DNA of 64,000 bases from an uncultured Nitrososphaerota archaeon (GTDB lineage Archaea > Korarchaeota > Korarchaeia > Korarchaeales > Korarchaeaceae): the NCBI GenBank assembly GCA_964618805.1, contig CAZUBM010000002.1:67013-131012 (forward strand), given 5' to 3'. Each line of letters starts with the position of its first letter. Position 1 is the first letter of the stretch. Below are positions 29,532 to 38,853 of the stretch, in pieces. The position numbers and the translations under genes are program-made. Under the pieces are notes generated by a model. It ran no database searches, was not told where the DNA came from, and saw only the letters and a program-made list of their open reading frames with translations.

Positions 29532-30514
29532 TCATATCTTATTCTTGGATCTATGAACCCATAGATCACATCGATTATGAAGAGAGCAATCACTACGCAA
29601 AGTGATGTGATAAAGAAACCGGCCTGCAGCAGAGGATAGTCCCTATTCATAACCGCCTGATAAAGCAGCGTTCCCATGCCAGGCAGTCCAAAAACGGTCT
29701 CAGTTAACACAGCACCACTTACAGCAAACCCTAGATTTATGCCGGTATTTGTTACGATTGGCAAGATTGCATTTCTGAATGCGTGCTTTGCGATTATCTT
29801 CCAGCCTGATACGCCTTTTGCTTTAGCTGTCAGTATATAAGGCTCACCTAAAGTCTCTAGCATGGAACTTCTCATGAGGAGAATTGTGCTAGTCATGTAG
29901 AATACTACGAGAGTAACGAGGGGAAGGAAGTAATGCCAAATTATGTCTTTTATCTTTTCAAAAGGACTTAGATATATTTTTCCTGGAGTGATAGCCCCGC
30001 TTAGGGGAAACAAGTCAAAATGATATGAGAAAACGAGTATGAGAATCATACCAACCCAAAAAGCAGGGAGAGATCTGGAAGCTAACGCAGCTGTTGTAAT
30101 AGCTAGATCTTTTCCTCCACCTTTCCAAGCTGCGTACATTCCAATGAGAACTCCTATAGAGGTGGAAATCGCTATAGTAAGAAAGAGAAGGAATAAAGAC
30201 CATGGTAGATTTCTTTTTATGACACTCGAAACTGGTTCTGGGTAAAAGGTGTATGAGATCCCAAATTCTAAATGTATGAGGTTGAACAAATAATCCTTAA
30301 ATTGCTCCCATAAGGGCTTGTTAAGCCCGTATATCTCTAGCATTTTCTGTCTAAAGCTAGGGGTTAATCTAGGATCTCCCGTAAACCTAGTTATTGGACT
30401 GCCTGGCATTGCTCTTGGCAAGACAAAATTAAGGATAATAAGCACGATGAGAATTAGAAATGCCCTAAATGCTCTTCTAACGAAGTACTTCCCACTGATT
30501 CTCAAGAAAACCAC
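29528..30514 (-). CDS. oppB: Oligopeptide ABC permease (OppB/DppB)
   Basis: PRAMPGSP, YILTAKAKG, HAFRNA, ETVFGLPGMG, RDYP and DPRIR. Confidence 0.92.
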   Translation of the reverse strand: MVFLRISGKYFVRRAFRAFLILIVLIILNFVLPRAMPGSPITRFTGDPRLTPSFRQKMLEIYGLNKPLWEQFKDYLFNLIHLEFGISYTFYPEPVSSVIKRNLPWSLFLLFLTIAISTSIGVLIGMYAAWKGGGKDLAITTAALASRSLPAFWVGMILILVFSYHFDLFPLSGAITPGKIYLSPFEKIKDIIWHYFLPLVTLVVFYMTSTILLMRSSMLETLGEPYILTAKAKGVSGWKIIAKHAFRNAILPIVTNTGINLGFAVSGAVLTETVFGLPGMGTLLYQAVMNRDYPLLQAGFFITSLCVVIALFIIDVIYGFIDPRIRYE

Positions 30515-30537
30515 CTAAAAAAGGAGGAGAGGGAGGG

Positions 30538-32268
30538 TTATTTTTTCCTCGTTGCAAGAACTATTCCAGCTATTATAACAATGATCGCAATCACAATTAG
30601 GCCATAGATCCACGTTGGAATTACTTTCTTTACCTCTACTACGGGCTTTGTGACAACCTCTCCTTTAAGATGCAGGTGAGTCCAAGTGTAATAGTTATTA
30701 TATCCGTATCCCATTACAAAGGTCCAGCCTTCGAATTGATCTATCCTATAAGCAAATGTGTCATAGTCATGAACAAGTGTGTAATAAGGTAATCCCTTCG
30801 CTATGAGTTCTTGCATCTTAAAGACTTGTTCTCTCCTCTTTTGAGGGTCAAATGTCCTCGTCCATTCCTCTGTTACTTTCAAAAACTCTTTGGCATACTC
30901 GTCATGCCACCAAATCTCTGAATTCGATCCGTTCTCTATTACGAAAATACCTCGTAAATCAGCTGGAGAATGGACCCTCCATCCACCTATGAAAAGCCAC
31001 CACTTCGTCGGATCTTCTTTTCCGCTAAAGAGCGTTCTCCATTCCATCGTTTCGATGCTTATTTTTATGCCAACCTTTGCTAGATCCTCTTGCATGAGCT
31101 CAGCTGCTCTTACCCTTAGAGGATCTGGACCTATCCAAACCGAGAAATCAAGCTTTGTACCATTAGGAGTCTCTCTGATTCCATCACCGTCTCTATCTAT
31201 GAAGTTAAGCCCATCAAGTATTTCTTTAGCCTTGTCAGGGTTGTAATCATACATATCTTGAATGTCTTTGTTAAGCCAATACTCGAAAACCGTTGGCAGG
31301 AAGCCTGGATTACCTGGCGATGCATAGCCAGAATATGCAACTTCGGCTATTTCCTTGGTATCAATGGCGTATGCCATGGCCTGCCTGAATTTAGTAAGAT
31401 TTGTTGGATATCTTAGGTTATTGAATGCAAGCTGGACTATGTGAGTGCTGTTTCTTACAGATATCTTGATGTTGGGATCTGCGCTTACTCTTGCCACCTC
31501 TGCTGCATCTATTGTGCACAAGTCTATCTCATTTTTGAGTAGAGCGAGAGTTATCGTTCCTCTAGGAACGATCTTTATGAGAATTTCATCTATATATGGT
31601 CTTCCATATGAGTAGTTCTCATAAGCCTTTAACTTAATGTATTGTTTTGGAACTCTCTCAACTAGTTGAAATGGTCCTCCTCCTATTATAGGAGCTGGAT
31701 TCTCAAACTCTTCAGGGTTCTCTATATCTTTCCAGATGTGCTCTGGTATAATATATGGCCAGTCCATCCAAGGATTGTCTATTATGTTTGCGTCTGGTTC
31801 CTTGAAGTAAAACGTAATAGTGTAATTGTCAGGCGTTTCAATCCTCTCTATGTTATCGGTGATTGAGGTAAGAAATCCGTGTTTTGCTGCGTATTCAAAT
31901 GTAAATCTTACATCCTTAGAAGTTATGGGTGTCCCATCGTGCCATGTCGCGTTCTCCACTAAATGAAACGTAATGGACTTACCATCTGGAGAAACTTCCC
32001 AGCTTTTCGCTAGATCCCCATGAGGCAGTCCGTCCGGACCGGTTCTAGTCATACATGGATAAATCATTCTCATAAGATCAAAATCCTGTATTAGGCTCAC
32101 TAAGAACGGATTTGTAGTGGTTACATCCGTTGAATATGCTAACCTTAATGTGCCACCTCTCCTTATCTCCCCTTCTTGCGCCCTTAGAGCTATGTTCGCG
32201 GGAATTAAGAGCGCAAACAAAGTTAAGAATACAATATATTTTAAGATACCACGAAATGCGGCCTGCAT
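30538..32268 (-). CDS. oppA: Oligopeptide ABC substrate-binding protein (family 5) with C-terminal membrane anchor
   Basis: LAKSWEVSPDG, ATWHDGTPITSKDVRFT, GGGPF and DRDGDGIRE. C-terminal TM helix plus RKK. Start placed at ATG 32268, with a TATA-like TTTATAA about 30 nt upstream. Confidence 0.9.
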   Translation of the reverse strand: MQAAFRGILKYIVFLTLFALLIPANIALRAQEGEIRRGGTLRLAYSTDVTTTNPFLVSLIQDFDLMRMIYPCMTRTGPDGLPHGDLAKSWEVSPDGKSITFHLVENATWHDGTPITSKDVRFTFEYAAKHGFLTSITDNIERIETPDNYTITFYFKEPDANIIDNPWMDWPYIIPEHIWKDIENPEEFENPAPIIGGGPFQLVERVPKQYIKLKAYENYSYGRPYIDEILIKIVPRGTITLALLKNEIDLCTIDAAEVARVSADPNIKISVRNSTHIVQLAFNNLRYPTNLTKFRQAMAYAIDTKEIAEVAYSGYASPGNPGFLPTVFEYWLNKDIQDMYDYNPDKAKEILDGLNFIDRDGDGIRETPNGTKLDFSVWIGPDPLRVRAAELMQEDLAKVGIKISIETMEWRTLFSGKEDPTKWWLFIGGWRVHSPADLRGIFVIENGSNSEIWWHDEYAKEFLKVTEEWTRTFDPQKRREQVFKMQELIAKGLPYYTLVHDYDTFAYRIDQFEGWTFVMGYGYNNYYTWTHLHLKGEVVTKPVVEVKKVIPTWIYGLIVIAIIVIIAGIVLATRKK

Positions 32269-32699
32269 TAATTGAAAGAACGCCAAAAAGATCTTATAAA
32301 TTTTTGCAAAAGAGAGGTCTAGTACATTAATCTCCATAGCATTATCATAACCAATCTACTTTCTTATTACGAATTTACCACTTTTTCTTAATTAATCAGG
32401 GCACACAAGAGATTTTACCACTAAATCTTACTTAATGGAATCACTCCCTTTATTCCATCTTTTTAAATAGAGGGATGGTATTCAACTATTTGAGAATGCT
32501 TAAAAGAGATAAGCCATGGCGAAGTTAAACTAGGGTGTGTTGAGGTAGTCTTAAAAACATTTTGTAGTCTACGGTTAAACGTATTGCAATCTGTGTTAAA
32601 AATGAAAGTAAATACTATCTTAGCAACAAAGACTGGCAAAAAATGGTTGAGAAAAGGGTTAGGTTTTATTAAAGCAGGCATACCTATTTGTTGACCATT

Positions 32700-34007
32700 A
32701 TGTTAGGGAGCATAATTAAGGATTACGTTTCTAAGACTGGTACTTCGAAATTCCTTTTTGAAAGGGCAAAGAGGATCATTCCAGGAGGAGAAACCTATCA
32801 AATCAGGCTATTTGAACCCTATCCCTTTTATTCAGCAAGCGCTAAAGGAGCTAAGCTTATAGATGTGGATGGAAACGAGTACATTGACTTTTGGCTTGGC
32901 CATTACTCATTGATTTTAGGTCATGGACATCCTGAAGTGATTAAGGCTGTAAAAGAGCAGTTAGAAAAGACTCAGCACTTTGGGACTCCTCATGAACTTG
33001 AGATAAAGCTAGCTGAGCAGGTAGTTAAAATGGTTCCATCTGTTGAGATGGTTAGGTTCTCAAATACTGGGACGGAGGCCATCATGTACAGCGTTCGCTT
33101 AGCTAGGAGCTATACAAAGAGGGATAAGATAGCTAAGTTTGAAGGGGGATGGCATGGGGGATATGATGCGGTCCATGTAGGAGTAAAACCTCCCCTTGAT
33201 CAGCCCATGTCCTCTGGTCTAACCGAAGGAGTCCTAAAGGATACGGTAGTGCTGCCCTATAATAACTTAGAAACAGCTGAAAAGACGATAAAGAGAGAGA
33301 AGCTGGCATGTGTCATAATCGAACCGATGTTAGGGGCAGGAGGGGGAATCCCGGCCGATAGGGAGTTTCTAAAAGGGCTTAAGGAACTTTGCGAAGATCA
33401 TGGAACTCTCCTCGTTTTTGATGAGGTAATAACTGGATTTAGGATTTCTCCTGGAGGAATGCAGGAATACTACGGGATTCTTCCTGATCTAACGATTATG
33501 GGGAAGATTCTAGGCGGAGGATTTCCCATAGGTGCAATTGGAGGAAAAAAAGAGATAATGGAGCTCATGAATCCTATCGGGAAGGAGAGGAAAGATGTTT
33601 CTTTTCATGGCGGGACTTTTTGCGGGAATCCTGTATCCATGATAGCTGGTCTAACTACTTTAAAGATGTTAGAAGATGGATCTATTCAGAAGGATCTTAA
33701 TTCAAAGGGAGAAAAGATAAGATCCGAACTCCTAGACGTATTTGAGAGTAAAGAAATTGACGTATTTATGGGTGGTCTTGGATCTATAATATCAGTTCAC
33801 TTCACCAAAGAGGAAGTGAGGGATATAAGAGCTGCCTTCAGGGCTGATAGAAAAAGACTCCTGGAGTATCACCTCTATTTGATAAGCAGGGGAATTTTCT
33901 TCCTTCCAGGACACATTGGGGCCCTTTGTATTGCCCATACAGAGGAGCATTTCGATAAGCTCATTAAGTGTGCTGAGGACTATGCCAAACTCATTTCCGG
34001 CAAATAA
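32700..34007 (+). CDS. Class-III PLP aminotransferase, HemL/GSA-aminomutase-like paralog
   Basis: DVDGNEYID, RFSNTGTEA, KFEGGWHG, FDEVITGFR and MGKILGGG. It has GGETYQIR where canonical HemL has GGVNSPVR. Confidence 0.85.
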   Translation: MLGSIIKDYVSKTGTSKFLFERAKRIIPGGETYQIRLFEPYPFYSASAKGAKLIDVDGNEYIDFWLGHYSLILGHGHPEVIKAVKEQLEKTQHFGTPHELEIKLAEQVVKMVPSVEMVRFSNTGTEAIMYSVRLARSYTKRDKIAKFEGGWHGGYDAVHVGVKPPLDQPMSSGLTEGVLKDTVVLPYNNLETAEKTIKREKLACVIIEPMLGAGGGIPADREFLKGLKELCEDHGTLLVFDEVITGFRISPGGMQEYYGILPDLTIMGKILGGGFPIGAIGGKKEIMELMNPIGKERKDVSFHGGTFCGNPVSMIAGLTTLKMLEDGSIQKDLNSKGEKIRSELLDVFESKEIDVFMGGLGSIISVHFTKEEVRDIRAAFRADRKRLLEYHLYLISRGIFFLPGHIGALCIAHTEEHFDKLIKCAEDYAKLISGK

Positions 34008-34052
34008 CAGTGGATTCCAAGAGTTACATGGGTGAATTAAGCATTCTGGCAG

Positions 34053-34508
34053 GTGATATGCATGATAAATCCTGAGTTCTTTGACTTGCAGATTTATTCG
34101 ATATATAAAGCAGTTTCCGAGATCCTTGGCAAAGATGCATGGAAAATCGTTTGGAGATCAGGAGAAATATTGTTAGATGAGCTTTGGGGAGAACTTGAGT
34201 TGGAAAAGGAAGATGTTCTTCTAGCACTAAGGAAGATTGCAGCCTATCTTAAAAGAGCTGGTTACATATCTGACATAAGAATTGAGGTTGAAAAAGAGGG
34301 AGAGATCTTAAGATATGAGATGACAGAGCCCGTCATAGCGAGAGGGGCCAAAAAGCTGATTGAGGAAGGACTAGTTCCTCCACACATATCTACTAGCCTA
34401 ATGTTTGCTTTGCTTAAGAGAAAGGGATTTGTAGCTGAGATGATAGGGAACCCAGAGTTCCTTGAGGATGGAAGAGTGGTAGAAAGATGGCATCTGAAGG
34501 AGATGTAA
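34053..34508 (+). CDS. Hypothetical protein, possibly a V4R/H-NOX/Bet3-like ligand-binding fold
   Basis: Tightly coupled between the aminotransferase and thrC, with a GGTGA RBS. Helical N-terminus (LGKDAWKIVWRSGE) followed by an alpha/beta half. The fold call is inference. Confidence 0.7.
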   Translation: MICMINPEFFDLQIYSIYKAVSEILGKDAWKIVWRSGEILLDELWGELELEKEDVLLALRKIAAYLKRAGYISDIRIEVEKEGEILRYEMTEPVIARGAKKLIEEGLVPPHISTSLMFALLKRKGFVAEMIGNPEFLEDGRVVERWHLKEM

Positions 34509-34509
34509 C

Positions 34510-35757
34510 ATGAAAAGCCTTTTTACACATTTGGAGTGTCTTAGTTGCGGTAGAAGATATCCTAAAGGTGAATATTACCTCTGTCCAAGATGTAATGGCT
34601 TTTTGGATCCTAAGTATGATTATGATGCCATTGCAGAAGAGTTTGACCCGGAAAAGTTGCCATTCAGACCCCACAACATCTGGAAGTGGAAAGAGTTCCT
34701 TCCTATTGAGAAGGAAGAGAACATAGTTACGCTCGGAGAGGGAGACACCCCTCTGCTAAGGTGCAAAAGGATAAATGAGGAAATTGGCGTAAGAAACCTG
34801 TATCTAAAGGATGAAACGGTAAATCCAACGGGATCCCTTAAGGACAGATCTACTTCAGTGAACGCGAGTATTGCAAAAGAATTAAACGTAAATACCGTTG
34901 CAATAATATCAACAGGCAATGCTGGAGCCTCTTTGGCCGCTTATGCTGCCAGAGGTGGCCTCAAATCAATAATAATGGTCCCAGAAACCACTCCAGAGGA
35001 AAAAATTGCACAGACCCTTGCTTATGGGGCCATTGTTATTAAAGTAAGAGCAAAATCCATGAACGACTTTTATTGGCTATATAGAGAAGCATGCTCGAAG
35101 TTCGGCTGGATGGACTCGGTTGGAGGGGTTAATCCTTATCGAAACGAGGGAAAGAAAACTTACGCTTATGAAATCAGCTTATCTTTCGATTGGAATCCAC
35201 CTGAGTGGATTATTATGCCTATGGCTGGAGGAAATGCGATAATAGCTGCTTGGAAGGGGTTTAAAGAACTTTTTTCATTAGGATTAATATCTAAAATGCC
35301 TAAAATAGTTGGAGTTCAGCCAAGGGAATGCGCTCCGATAGTAAAAGCCTTTAGAGATGGTAAAGAGATAGCAGAGCCTATATCTCCTGGTCAAACAATG
35401 GTTTCGAGTTTAGTAGTTCCAAATCCAGGACCTAAGAGCGCTCTTGTCCTTAAAGCTATAAGAGAATCAAAAGGAACATGCGATGATCCAACTGACGAAG
35501 AAGTCTTAGAAGCAATGAGATTATTGGCAAGGGAAGGCATATTTTCGGAGCCCGGGGGAGCAATAAGCCTAGCTGCAGCAAAGAGATTGGTGGAACAGGG
35601 CTTAATAGATCCTTCAGATAAGGTAGTATGTCTTATCACTGGAAGCGGCTTTAAGGACATGAAATCTTTTGAGAAGATATTGAGCAAGCCCTTTCTGTCA
35701 GATCCTACTTTAGAGGCTCTTGAGAGAGTTTTAAAAGAAAATTTACTCCATGTCTAG
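34510..35757 (+). CDS. thrC: Threonine synthase family PLP enzyme
   Basis: N-terminal CxxC...CPxC, TLGEGDTPL, KDETVNPTGSLKDR, STGNAG, EGKKT and LITGSGFKD. Confidence 0.88.
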   Translation: MKSLFTHLECLSCGRRYPKGEYYLCPRCNGFLDPKYDYDAIAEEFDPEKLPFRPHNIWKWKEFLPIEKEENIVTLGEGDTPLLRCKRINEEIGVRNLYLKDETVNPTGSLKDRSTSVNASIAKELNVNTVAIISTGNAGASLAAYAARGGLKSIIMVPETTPEEKIAQTLAYGAIVIKVRAKSMNDFYWLYREACSKFGWMDSVGGVNPYRNEGKKTYAYEISLSFDWNPPEWIIMPMAGGNAIIAAWKGFKELFSLGLISKMPKIVGVQPRECAPIVKAFRDGKEIAEPISPGQTMVSSLVVPNPGPKSALVLKAIRESKGTCDDPTDEEVLEAMRLLAREGIFSEPGGAISLAAAKRLVEQGLIDPSDKVVCLITGSGFKDMKSFEKILSKPFLSDPTLEALERVLKENLLHV

Positions 35758-35852
35758 AGACATTGCTTTTCTCTTTGGAACAAAGTAGCTTCTACAATCA
35801 TCAAGAGGGATCTGCAGTAAAATGTTAGAAGGTTATACCGAGATCCGCGTTA

Positions 35853-37217
35853 ATGCGTGCCCATCCTTATATTACTAAGAGACTTGTAGCAATGATTAGT
35901 AGGATGGGAGAAGAAGGATTCTGTAAAAGAGCTAATCTCAAAGTAAATAAACTTGGGCACCTTTGCATGAGGGATCACGACTTAGTGAACCTTGCTGATC
36001 GTTTTGGAACTCCCTTATACGTGGTTGATGCTCAAAGGATAAGAGAAAACTTTAGGAGGTTTAGAAATGCCCTTGCTCAATATCCTAAAGTTCTCATAGC
36101 TTATGCATATAAAGCAAACCCTAATCTAGCTGTATGCTCCATTCTCAGGAAGGAGGGAGCAGGGGCAGAAGTAGTTTCTGGCGGGGAGCTTTACATAGCT
36201 CTGAAGGTGGGGGTGAATCCTGAGGATATTGTGTTCGATGGAGTGAGCAAGGAAGAAGCTGAGTTAGAGGTGGCAATAGAGAATGAAATTGGAGCGATAA
36301 ATGTGGAATCCCTGGAAGAACTTAGAAAAATTGAGGAAATAGCATCTGAAATGGGTAAAAAGGCGAATATTGGTGTGAGATTAAATCCAGATGTTCCAGT
36401 AAAGGCCCATCCTCATGACGTGACAGGGATCAAATCCTCAAAATTCGGACTAGATTTTGAAAAGGCACTTAAAGCATACGAGATAGCTAGGAGAATGAAT
36501 CATATCGATATAAGAGGGATCCACATGCACATAGGTTCACAAATAACCGAAATAAGCTCGTTTAAAGATGCAGCTCTAAGACTTTTCGATTTCATATCGA
36601 AACTAAAAGAGATGAAAATTGCTTTAGATTACATAGACTTCGGAGGCGGACTTGGCGTATCTTACAGTGACCCCAGAGAGGATTACCTTAAGGAGTATGC
36701 AAGCGTTTTGCTTAATATAGTTAAGGTAAAGATAAAGGAACTTGATCTTGGCGAGCCAAGACTTGTATTTGAGCCAGGAAGGTATTTAGTAGCTGATTCT
36801 TCAGTCCTCCTCACCAAAGTTAACTATACAAAGGAGATTTTTGGAAAGAGATGGGTCCTTGTCGATGCAGGGATGAATGATTTCATGAGGCCGGCTTTTT
36901 ATGGAGCTTATCATGAGATAATACCTGTAAATAAAGCCTCTAGACCTAAGAGTAAGAAATATAATGTAGGAGGACCGATATGCGAGAGTTCTGATGTCTT
37001 CAGATATGGCGTTGAGTTGCCAGAGATTAGACAAGGCGATCTTCTAGCTATTCTGGACGTTGGTGCATACGGCATATCCATGTCAAATCAGTACAACGCG
37101 AGACCAAGGCCTGCTATGGTTCTAATAGATGGATCAAGAGTAGCCATAATAAGAGAACGTGAATCGTATGTAGATCTGATCTCTAAAGACAGGGTTCCTG
37201 AGTGGATAGACTCTTAA
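35853..37217 (+). CDS. lysA: Diaminopimelate decarboxylase
   Basis: FGTPLYV, YAYKAN, SKFG, HMHIGSQ, DFGGG, EPGRY, GPICESSD, GAYG and NQYNARP. The true start may lie a few codons downstream. Confidence 0.92.
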   Translation: MRAHPYITKRLVAMISRMGEEGFCKRANLKVNKLGHLCMRDHDLVNLADRFGTPLYVVDAQRIRENFRRFRNALAQYPKVLIAYAYKANPNLAVCSILRKEGAGAEVVSGGELYIALKVGVNPEDIVFDGVSKEEAELEVAIENEIGAINVESLEELRKIEEIASEMGKKANIGVRLNPDVPVKAHPHDVTGIKSSKFGLDFEKALKAYEIARRMNHIDIRGIHMHIGSQITEISSFKDAALRLFDFISKLKEMKIALDYIDFGGGLGVSYSDPREDYLKEYASVLLNIVKVKIKELDLGEPRLVFEPGRYLVADSSVLLTKVNYTKEIFGKRWVLVDAGMNDFMRPAFYGAYHEIIPVNKASRPKSKKYNVGGPICESSDVFRYGVELPEIRQGDLLAILDVGAYGISMSNQYNARPRPAMVLIDGSRVAIIRERESYVDLISKDRVPEWIDS

Positions 37218-37321
37218 GAGAGGAATGGATATAGCTAGGAGGTATATGGCTTGAAATTTAAGTTGGATAACTGAAATCAATAACAGAACACTAACCTACA
37301 GACCTCATAAGTTAAACAAAT

Positions 37322-38443
37322 TTGGTGATTAGTTTAATAGAGTCTTATGATGTTGGAAGCTTACCCTTCTCTGGGGATTTTAATAAGTTCTTAGAAGGAG
37401 CGAAAAGCCATTTGGACTCTGAGTCATGGGTTTATTTTGAGCAAAAAGTTGTTGAGAGTTTTTTGGCAAAGATTAAGGCTGGGATAGACGTCCCAAACTT
37501 TCCCCAATTCAGAGATATGATGGAGATGTTCTTGGGGGTTTTAGATGGTATTCAAAGGTCACGAGGAGGATACGTTGTATTAGAACCTATAAGGGTTCGA
37601 AGCGATAAACTCCTGATTCCTGAAGTAAGAGCCATAAGGAGAGCTGCTAACAGAATTTATGAACAAGTTAATGGGATTGTAAAGCTTAAAATATGCATTA
37701 CCGGACCGTACACCCTTTCTACGGTATTTTCGCCAGAAGTAGATCGAACATGGCTTATTGAACAGCTAGGGGAAACTTTGGCAAAGATAGCTGGAGAGAA
37801 TGTTTTCAAAGACAAAAAGGTTGGAGTTGAAATAGTCTCGATGGACGAGCCTATCTTAGGTCTGATAGATGATCCTCTCTTAGATTATGGCTCTAGGACT
37901 AGAGATGTTCTCTTGAAGGCTTGGGATAAGATTTTCTCAGAGTGCAAGTCACGAGGCGCCATAACCTGCATTCACCTCCACAGCACTGCAAACAAAATCT
38001 TCTGGGATTTGGAATTCCTAGATATCGTCGAATCCCATGTTGGAGATCCAATTTATAGCTCTCCGGGAATTAAATCTCTACTTGAGGAAAGAGATATGTT
38101 TTTGAAGGCCAGCATAGCCCGTACCGACTTTGATGCTCTAATCAGAGAGCAAATTGTGAAATCGTGCAAGAATGACCTAACAATAGAGGAAAAGATGGGA
38201 GAGATTTGGAGAAGAATAAAGAAATCTGAAATAGATCCAGCTCAGTTTCTCGAAAACACAAGTGTCCTCGTTAAGAGGCTTGAGAGAGTCCTAGATCTTT
38301 TTGGACCAGAGAGAGTTAAATTTGCAGGTCCTGAGTGCGGATTAAGGTCTTTTCCAAGCTATAAATGTGCAATTGAATGCCTAAAACGTGTTGCAGAGGC
38401 TGTAAAAACTATCAACAAAACTCTTGGATCTAGTCCGGCCTAG
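37322..38443 (+). CDS. Single-barrel MetE/URO-D superfamily protein (core methionine synthase-like)
   Basis: DVGSLP, DVPNFPQFRDM, ITGPYTL, MDEP, IHLH (canonical HxC) and GPECGL. Confidence 0.75.
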   Translation: MVISLIESYDVGSLPFSGDFNKFLEGAKSHLDSESWVYFEQKVVESFLAKIKAGIDVPNFPQFRDMMEMFLGVLDGIQRSRGGYVVLEPIRVRSDKLLIPEVRAIRRAANRIYEQVNGIVKLKICITGPYTLSTVFSPEVDRTWLIEQLGETLAKIAGENVFKDKKVGVEIVSMDEPILGLIDDPLLDYGSRTRDVLLKAWDKIFSECKSRGAITCIHLHSTANKIFWDLEFLDIVESHVGDPIYSSPGIKSLLEERDMFLKASIARTDFDALIREQIVKSCKNDLTIEEKMGEIWRRIKKSEIDPAQFLENTSVLVKRLERVLDLFGPERVKFAGPECGLRSFPSYKCAIECLKRVAEAVKTINKTLGSSPA

Positions 38444-38561
38444 ACTGAGCATAACTTGATTGTAAGATTTATTCCCTTATGAGTTAATCAACTTAAGTGA
38501 TGGATTTAAGGCAAATCCTTTTTTCAGATTACCTCGCATATCGTTCTATATATTTTTAGCT

Positions 38562-38831
38562 ATGCTTAACTTTACGTACTACTTTCCAAATATTGCCGAG
38601 CTTATTGGATGGCCTCTTCTAGGGATCGCGGCATCTGCTGCTGGATATAAGGCTATAGAAGACAAGTATATAGTCTCCATATTGTTTGGACCTGAATACC
38701 TAAAGAGGGAGAGAATGCAGGAGAAGGACAAAGGGTTATCAGGTTATCTCTTCTATTTTTCATGGCGCTTGTGCTCTTTGGTGTTATCTTCGGCCTCTAG
38801 CAGGTATGTGATTAACGATATGATTTATTAA
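38562..38831 (+). CDS. Possible small membrane protein
   Basis: 89-aa ORF with hydrophobic stretches that fills the gap before cysS. No family recognised. Confidence 0.3.
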   Translation: MLNFTYYFPNIAELIGWPLLGIAASAAGYKAIEDKYIVSILFGPEYLKRERMQEKDKGLSGYLFYFSWRLCSLVLSSASSRYVINDMIY

Positions 38832-38853
38832 TTCCTTTGGTTTTGACGAATCG

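Noticed and set aside
32463-32681. 72-aa minus-strand ORF between oppA and the aminotransferase
   Set aside because: It lies in a divergent promoter region with atypical composition and no motif.
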